A DNA stretch of 63,927 nucleotides, filler included, from Aduncisulcus paluster (taxonomy: Eukaryota), in assembly GCA_024181965.1 (NCBI GenBank). It is 6 parts of 6 records of this genome, joined end to end, with 100 filler letters (N's around TTAATTAATTAA, not from the genome) between each part and the next. Parts side by side here need not be neighbours in the genome. Positions count along the whole stretch, not along the records: positions 53,306 to 58,492 come from BQXS01011012.1; positions 58,593 to 63,927 come from BQXS01011013.1; 4 more parts are not named here. One strand, given 5' to 3'. A program made the translations under genes and the position numbers. Numbering within the stretch: position 1 is the stretch's first letter; the number at the start of each line of letters is the position of its first letter. Positions 57,612 through 63,927 of this stretch are shown piece by piece. The notes beneath the pieces are model-generated. The model made no database searches. It saw nothing but the letters and a program-made list of their open reading frames with translations, and was not told the DNA's origin.

Positions 57612-57902
57612 TTTGAAAATAATTTATCGGAAAAGATAAAACTTAACTGGCTAGGAATTCACGGACAACCTATTTTGGAGCCAAAATACAATTTCAGTCT
57701 AACTTTCAATTCAGAAGCTTTGGAAATGAAATTTGAGAGAATAATATCAGATAAAATTGAAACATACATTGATAAAATTGTTGACCAGTGCTGACTGTTG
57801 ACTAACTTGTTTTTGCTGATGATAACATCTTGTCATCCATTTTGGCCAAAATAAAACATTTTTTATTTTAATGTTTGGTTTTCATTAAAAATTTGAGGAA
57901 GA

Positions 57903-58492
57903 TCACTCTTTTCTCATCTTCTCACTAAGCATACGATATACATATTCTTTGGCTTCTTGAACTCTTCCAAGTGCTGCAAATCTATATAAAAATGCAGAAA
58001 GGTGAGCATGTTCTGCGACGAATGGATTACCCCCGAGCATTGATCCTTGTTGTTGGTATGGCGAATAAGGAGACGGATATTGGAATTGATAAGGCATTGG
58101 ACCCAAGTGGGAAGCTGCCGCAAAGGGTAAGGCAGTGGAATCCCCGCCAGTGAATTGTTGTGGGTGTGGTAAGAAATGAGGAGCCGTTGGATGTGGGGAC
58201 ATTCCAACCCCCATGGTGCCATAAAGGGTGGAATCGTGTGCCAAGGCTGAAGTGGAAGAGGATGAAACCACTGGATGCTGTGGAACAATGGGTACAATAC
58301 CTCCTGGTTGTCCCTGGCTTGGGGTCAGAGCAGGCATCATAGGTTGAGTGTGTCCAATCGATCTCGGATACTCGTTATTGACAAAGGCAGAAGAGGAAGG
58401 AACCTCAGAACCCATGGCCATTGCACGCCTTTTTGTGCCAATAGATTGTCCAGGATGGTATGACATGTCACTCTTATCAAAGGAACAAACAT
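57903..58492 (-). CDS. Pro/Gln/Ser-rich C-terminal fragment of a hypothetical protein
   Basis: The 187-aa ORF frame stays open to the spacer at 58492. Confidence 0.6.
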
Positions 58493-58592
58493 NNNNNNNN
58501 NNNNNNNNNNNNNNNNNNNNNNNNNNNNNNNNNNNNTTAATTAATTAANNNNNNNNNNNNNNNNNNNNNNNNNNNNNNNNNNNNNNNNNNNN
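58493..58592. other. Artificial contig-joining spacer
   Basis: N44-TTAATTAATTAA-N44. Confidence 0.97.
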
Positions 58593-61500
58593 AAACCAAG
58601 GAAAGAACCTCGATTTGACTGGAAACATCAGCAAAACCCGTTGAAGGAATGTCCCATAATTCAGTACAGTTATCTGCAATGAGAGTAGTGACAGTGGATG
58701 GAACGATTGAGAATGAAGCAAACAAAGTCGAAGAAACATCAAGATATGTCAAATTATGGAGGGAAGACAAGTCAACCTCAGAAAAATCCATGCTTGTATT
58801 ACCGGCAAGAACAAGAATTGTCAGAGTCTCTGGAAGTGTACTGATATCGGAGAGTCTATAATTTATATTGTACGAAATATCAAGGAAATATAAATCTTCA
58901 AAACGCGAGAAATCGGTGTCCGACGCGAGGTCTCCGGATGTTATATATAACTTCTCGATTAGCTGTGGAAACATTAAGAGATGACTAGAATCTATCTCGA
59001 ATGTGGAATTAGTAACCTCTAATTGAGTCAAAGCTGTTGCAAAATTTAGACCATAGAAACTATTATTAGAACCATCCATGCCAGAAATAGATAAGGAAGT
59101 CATGAGTTTCATATCAGACCTCAAAACATCATCACATGGTTCAACAGTACCACCATTAATTGAAGAACATATCGCTTCTTTGAGAGTAACATTTGGAATG
59201 TACACATATTCACAGTCAGAACCATAAAGACCTCTGGGACATGAACAGGAATACGAGGTGGCACCAGGCTCAAGAACCAAAGGATAATCTGGGGAGCAAA
59301 TTGAGGAATAAATTGGGAGATAATTCGTATTGATTTGTTCACACGTGTTTGTTTCAAGTTTCAAAAAATAACCATAAGCACACGTATGGATATATCCAAT
59401 TTCAGAATTGGTACAAACAAAATGTTGAGCGAATGATGGAACAGAGGAACATAAACATGTTTGATTACCAAAAGAAAAATTACCAATTGAAAAATATGAG
59501 GCAAGCGAGCTAGCAACAGACACAATATCACAGATTTGATTGTGACCTATATTTAGAACATCTGAGAAAGAAGTTGAAGAAGAAAACAGGTCCGATCTAG
59601 TGAGAAACATGGAAATATCAGATATATTATTGTGTGAGAGATCAAGAGTAGTGAGATTAAATGGCTGTGATACCGTATCAGGGGCATTTTCATCAGAGTC
59701 GGATATTATTGGAGTCAAATCAAGGATGTCGTAAACGTTATTGATTCCACAATTAACAAGACTTAACTCGGTAAGCCCAACAAATGTATTTTGCAACTCA
59801 CGTCCATGGAAAGTGTTTGAATAACGAATTGATCAAAACTCGATGCATCTGAGTCTCCGGAGAGGTCATAATCCTCAACTATGAGGGAAGATAATCCAGA
59901 ACCCACACCTTGGGCATATTCAAGCCCTCGCAAGGATGTTATTGGCGTTAATTCGGTGGGTTGCACATTGAGACTATTACAAGTCAGAGCTGACCTTAAA
60001 ATATACACTGGTAACATCAGTGTACTATCATATTCAGTGCAATCGAATATCATGCTTCGAAGATTGTCGTCGTGAATGGTGTAGCAGATAAGATCACCTG
60101 AAGAAATGTCCGTCTTGGCAATTGAAGCACACTGTTTCCCCAAGACCGATGAATATATTTCATTCTTGGCGAATGAAGGACAGCCCGCCGAACTACAAAA
60201 GTCGGAGCTGGAATCCAAAGGACATGAGTTAGGGTATATATCAAGACTCAAGTCACTAGAATTTGTGGAATATTCGGGGAACATCAATCCCCATATAGTT
60301 CCAAATTCAGCATTAGTTTCTGATCTACACATAGAAATGGCGACATTGTAAGCCATTTCAGAGGTCTTGAAGGATTCGAGTCCAATATTATGGAAAATGG
60401 GGGAAATATCATTAATTGGCTCATTGCCACCGAGATCAATGTTGCGTAATCTTGTAAGAGAATTTAAAGGAGACAAATCGTCAATCACGTCAGGCCAGTA
60501 CGAGGGATTAGGGTTCTTGATGGAAAGAAGAACCAGTTGGCTAAGGTTTTGCAATGGAGACAGATCAGGATATGCCATACCTCCAATTTTAACAGCAGAG
60601 ACGCTGTGTAAACCTTCATATCCCTCGATCGTATCAATGAGGAGGGATGTTTCAATCACATTGACTTTATACAACGCCAATTCTTCCTTGGACATATTAC
60701 AATCCTCGACTCCTTCTGATGAGTAGCTGTAACACATACAGCCACGAAGAAATATGCTGGGGAAGAAAACATCCACCAGATTCTCACATTTGTCCCCCCA
60801 CCAAGAGGTACGGCACCTGCATGTTACAGTAGAGGAGCTGTCTGTAGCCACAGCCATCATTGTATCATGCTTCTCACAGACCTGTGTCCGAAATATGTTT
60901 GTCTCAGAAGTTGCCTGCACACAAGTATTTGTATCGAGCTGCAGATAGTACCCTTTGAAACACTCTTTGGCCCACTGGCCAGGAGTAACCTCTCTGCACA
61001 CCTCAAAACTAGAAGAATCAACGGGCGATGAACACATACACTGCTGATCATCGATATTGAGAGATAGCCCAGGGAATTCAGAGAGTAATAGGGTTTCAAT
61101 ATTCTCAATATCACAGATATAATTATTACTGATGTTAAGGGACATCAGAGAATTATTGTTGGTGAATATGGTATCGGTGAGAAGCATAGAAACATCAGAA
61201 ATGCGATTATTGGACAGATCTAGGCTAGTAATCTGAAAGTCCTTAGTGTAAGGATCAACGCTAACGTCAGTTCGAGGAGTAAAATCGAGGATATCTTCTA
61301 TCTTTCGCAGATTACAGCCACTAACATTGAGGTTTGTCACCCCATAGACGTTACTATCATCATCTACAGAGTGTCTGGTGAGGATTTTCACAGTCATTCT
61401 CTCGTGGAATGGGATTTCATCATCATAATCAAAGCCTCTATTCGCACCACTAAGGTCGAAGGATGAGATGTTGAGGGATGTAATGTGGGAAAAGTATTCT

Positions 61501-62633
61501 AATCCACGAATAGAGTGGATATCGCCAGAAATTGAAGAAATATCGATACTGCCCGAGCATCCTGTGCATTTTCTAAGTGTACTAACAGGAATTACCCCAT
61601 TAGATTCTGCCACACAACTGCAGGATGAGGATAGGTAATTCCTGAGGGAATTATCATGAATAGTGTGACAATTAAAGTCAGATTCGGAGGAATATACCAT
61701 CTTTGATATATACGAGCATTCAATGCCTTCTGATTCAGGGTTATACACCTCATTGAGAAGGATTGATGGGCAATCTGACCCTGTACAATGGTCATCAACC
61801 ATACCAGCTAATGGGCAGATATTGGGGAGTATAAAGGCAAATGTCGCAGGTAAATTTGGAAATATGTCTGTCAAATACGCCATGTACTCCGTATTGGACT
61901 CACTCCGACAAATAGGTAACCGACCATCATACGATTCGTTACTTGGTTCGAGAGTACCACTTTCAGCCAGTCTGAATGTCTGAAGAGAAATATTCCGATA
62001 ATATACTGAAAAATCATACAAATTCAAATTTCCATAAATATTGGAGCTTTTCAGACGGATCATCTGTCGAAGGGGGGATAGATCAACAATATTGTTATAA
62101 GTGGAGCAATTGGCGTGGGCACAATATAATTGTAATAATATAAGTTGTGTAAGGGAAAATAATGGAGAGATGTCGGAAATAGAGGCTTGACCAAAGGTTG
62201 CATTAACAAGTTTCAAAAAATACTGTGATCCTTCAATATTTGTGAGATCAGAATTATCGTGCCATGATTTGGACTCATTAACGCCTGCCAAATTAAATAT
62301 TGTCGATTGAAAAGAATAATAGTTCTCTATGAAAGGTATAAGAGTTGAACTACCTATCGATACGAGATAAGAAAACATTGTGCTAACATGAACCGGAATA
62401 GAATCTTCATAATACTCTGAATTATTGACGGAAAGGTTGAATGAATCCTCATAACTTTCAAGGTCGGGCAGAGCAAAGCAGAATTCTTTTTCATCAATTC
62501 CAATAGGATTATCAATATCAAAATTAATTTCATACGAGTTTGGTAAAAGATTAAGAAATAATAGCAGGTATAACGTTGCTAAGACCTGAAGTTTTAACAA
62601 TTGTTGAACAAATAGACCTGGATAAAAAGACAT
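58593..62633 (-). CDS. Large secreted/surface LRR plus EGF-like Cys-rich protein, frameshifted near 59800 and 3'-truncated
   Basis: N-terminal hydrophobic segment; LRRs (ISDISPLFSLTQL, ITSLDLSNNRISDVS, LTTLDLSHNNISDIS); EGF-like CRCRTSWWGDKC and CSCPRGLYGSDC. The second module continues in another frame from 59796. Confidence 0.8.
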
Positions 62634-62976
62634 GTATAGAAATAGATAAAATTATTGGTGAAATTAATGTATAGCAATTGTAGAAAAGATATGATTTAAT
62701 AAAATTAGGATTGGAATGATCCAACTCTATCAAAACCATTCATCAGTTTGTATCATTGAAATGGAATAAAATAATTCATCGTTACTATCAATTCTAGCAG
62801 ATAAAGATCTATTTATTTCCCAAAATAGCAATAAAACCTTTGTATCTGTCATAAAGATCAATCTGGATCGCGATTCAACAAATCGTGTTTTTCCTTGCAA
62901 TTGGAAGGTTACTGGTGTTTATTGTCTTTTATTATTTCAATTAAATTTCGATATCTGTGTGCTGTTATTGTTTGTG

Positions 62977-63927
62977 ATGATAATTATTGGCAAATGTATT
63001 GAAGATTTAGGATCTGATTGGGGCAAAGTGTTTGAAGGCCCCTACCTTGTTGATAATCCAGATCTATCTGAAATTGATGGATCTAAAGCTTATGGGGATT
63101 ATTCTTTTGATGATAATCATTCTAGTTTAGTACGATTCTTAAAAGGCGAAAGAGCCTTCCATTTCAATCCCAATTTACATCTCCCTTTTATTTCACCACA
63201 TTATCTCAGTAAGATTGTTGTAAGTAACCATAGTTTTCGGAATGGAATCAAAGATTTCAATGCCACATTCACAACATCTGATGGAAAGAAGATTACAAAA
63301 GAATATCAAATGGGAGAGATGCCTCCAGAGCATTATTTCTGGCAAGAGTTCCCTATAGATATTAATAATGTTATTTCTTGTGATATTCATGTTATATCGT
63401 CATGGGATGGAAAACAAGAAATGATTTTTTTGCATGGGATTCGATTCGTGATTGACAAGAAGCAAGAGAAAGAGCAAGAAGCAAAGAAAGAAATAGAAAG
63501 GAAAGAACAGATTGAAATAGAACGCAAAGAAATGTTAAAAAGAGAACAAGAACTCCCTATCATAGAACAACAAGAACAAGAACAAGCAAAACAACGAATT
63601 GAATTGATGCGTCTCGATGGTGAATTAAAACGAGAAAAAGAACTCAAAGAACTCAAACGCGCCGAAATGAAAGACTTAATGAGTGATTTTATCTCTTCCA
63701 CTCAGCAGAGATTTGAAGAGCTTGAAAAGAAGTTATCTGATGAAAAGGAACAGAGAGTACATGACAAAGAAGATTTTGAAAGGATTAGAGCTCAAGATAG
63801 AAAAGAATTTGAGAAACTACGTTCCGAAGATAAATCTAAATTCGAGAAACAGAGAGCTCAGTTTGAGAAAGAACTTCAATCCAAACAATCCCATGACGAT
63901 GAAGAAAGATGTACTCGTCATCTCTTG
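62977..63927 (+). CDS. Hypothetical protein with an N-terminal beta-rich domain and a long E/K/R coiled coil, 3'-truncated by the window edge
   Basis: Not in the ORF track. Read manually: MIIIGKCIEDLGSDWGKVFEGPYLVDNPD...FTTSDGKKITKEYQM...WQEFPIDINNVISCDIHVISSWDG...IRFVIDKKQEKEQ... Confidence 0.8.
   Translation, partial: MIIIGKCIEDLGSDWGKVFEGPYLVDNPDLSEIDGSKAYGDYSFDDNHSSLVRFLKGERAFHFNPNLHLPFISPHYLSKIVVSNHSFRNGIKDFNATFTTSDGKKITKEYQMGEMPPEHYFWQEFPIDINNVISCDIHVISSWDGKQEMIFLHGIRFVIDKKQEKEQEAKKEIERKEQIEIERKEMLKREQELPIIEQQEQEQAKQRIELMRLDGELKREKELKELKRAEMKDLMSDFISSTQQRFEELEKKLSDEKEQRVHDKEDFERIRAQDRKEFEKLRSEDKSKFEKQRAQFEKELQSKQSHDDEERCTRHLL

Noticed and set aside
20554..58592. Five identical TTAATTAATTAA palindromes in N runs
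   Set aside because: Synthetic six-frame-stop spacers used to concatenate contigs; gene adjacency across them is meaningless.

Overview
This is eukaryotic, gene-dense, intron-poor protist DNA with AT-rich intergenic spacers and long Ser/Glu low-complexity tracts. The gene families (expanded helical-repeat kinases, LRR/EGF surface proteins, flagellar CFAP100) suggest a free-living fornicate/metamonad flagellate, possibly Aduncisulcus; this is an inference, not a search result. The window is a concatenation of six contigs joined by artificial N44-TTAATTAATTAA-N44 spacers, with three N20 scaffold gaps flanked by duplicated contig ends. Recognisable genes are an NSUN5/Rcm1-like m5C RNA methyltransferase, KIN17, a PAP2 phosphatase, an IFRD-like protein, a START-domain protein, a small TKL kinase with a CaaX box, an IQ coiled-coil protein, CFAP100, a calcineurin-B/CHP-like EF-hand protein, a tandem-repeat kinase, a giant frameshifted spectrin-repeat-like protein, an ARM protein, cystinosin and a frameshifted LRR-EGF surface protein. 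Reading beyond the ORF track adds two edge-truncated ORFs, four 5'-proximal spliceosomal introns (one apparently splitting the start codon as AT|G) and a GC-rich, foldable intergenic ncRNA candidate at about 5968-6104. I found no CRISPR array, rRNA, tRNA or recognisable mobile element, and no clear-cut new multi-gene system.
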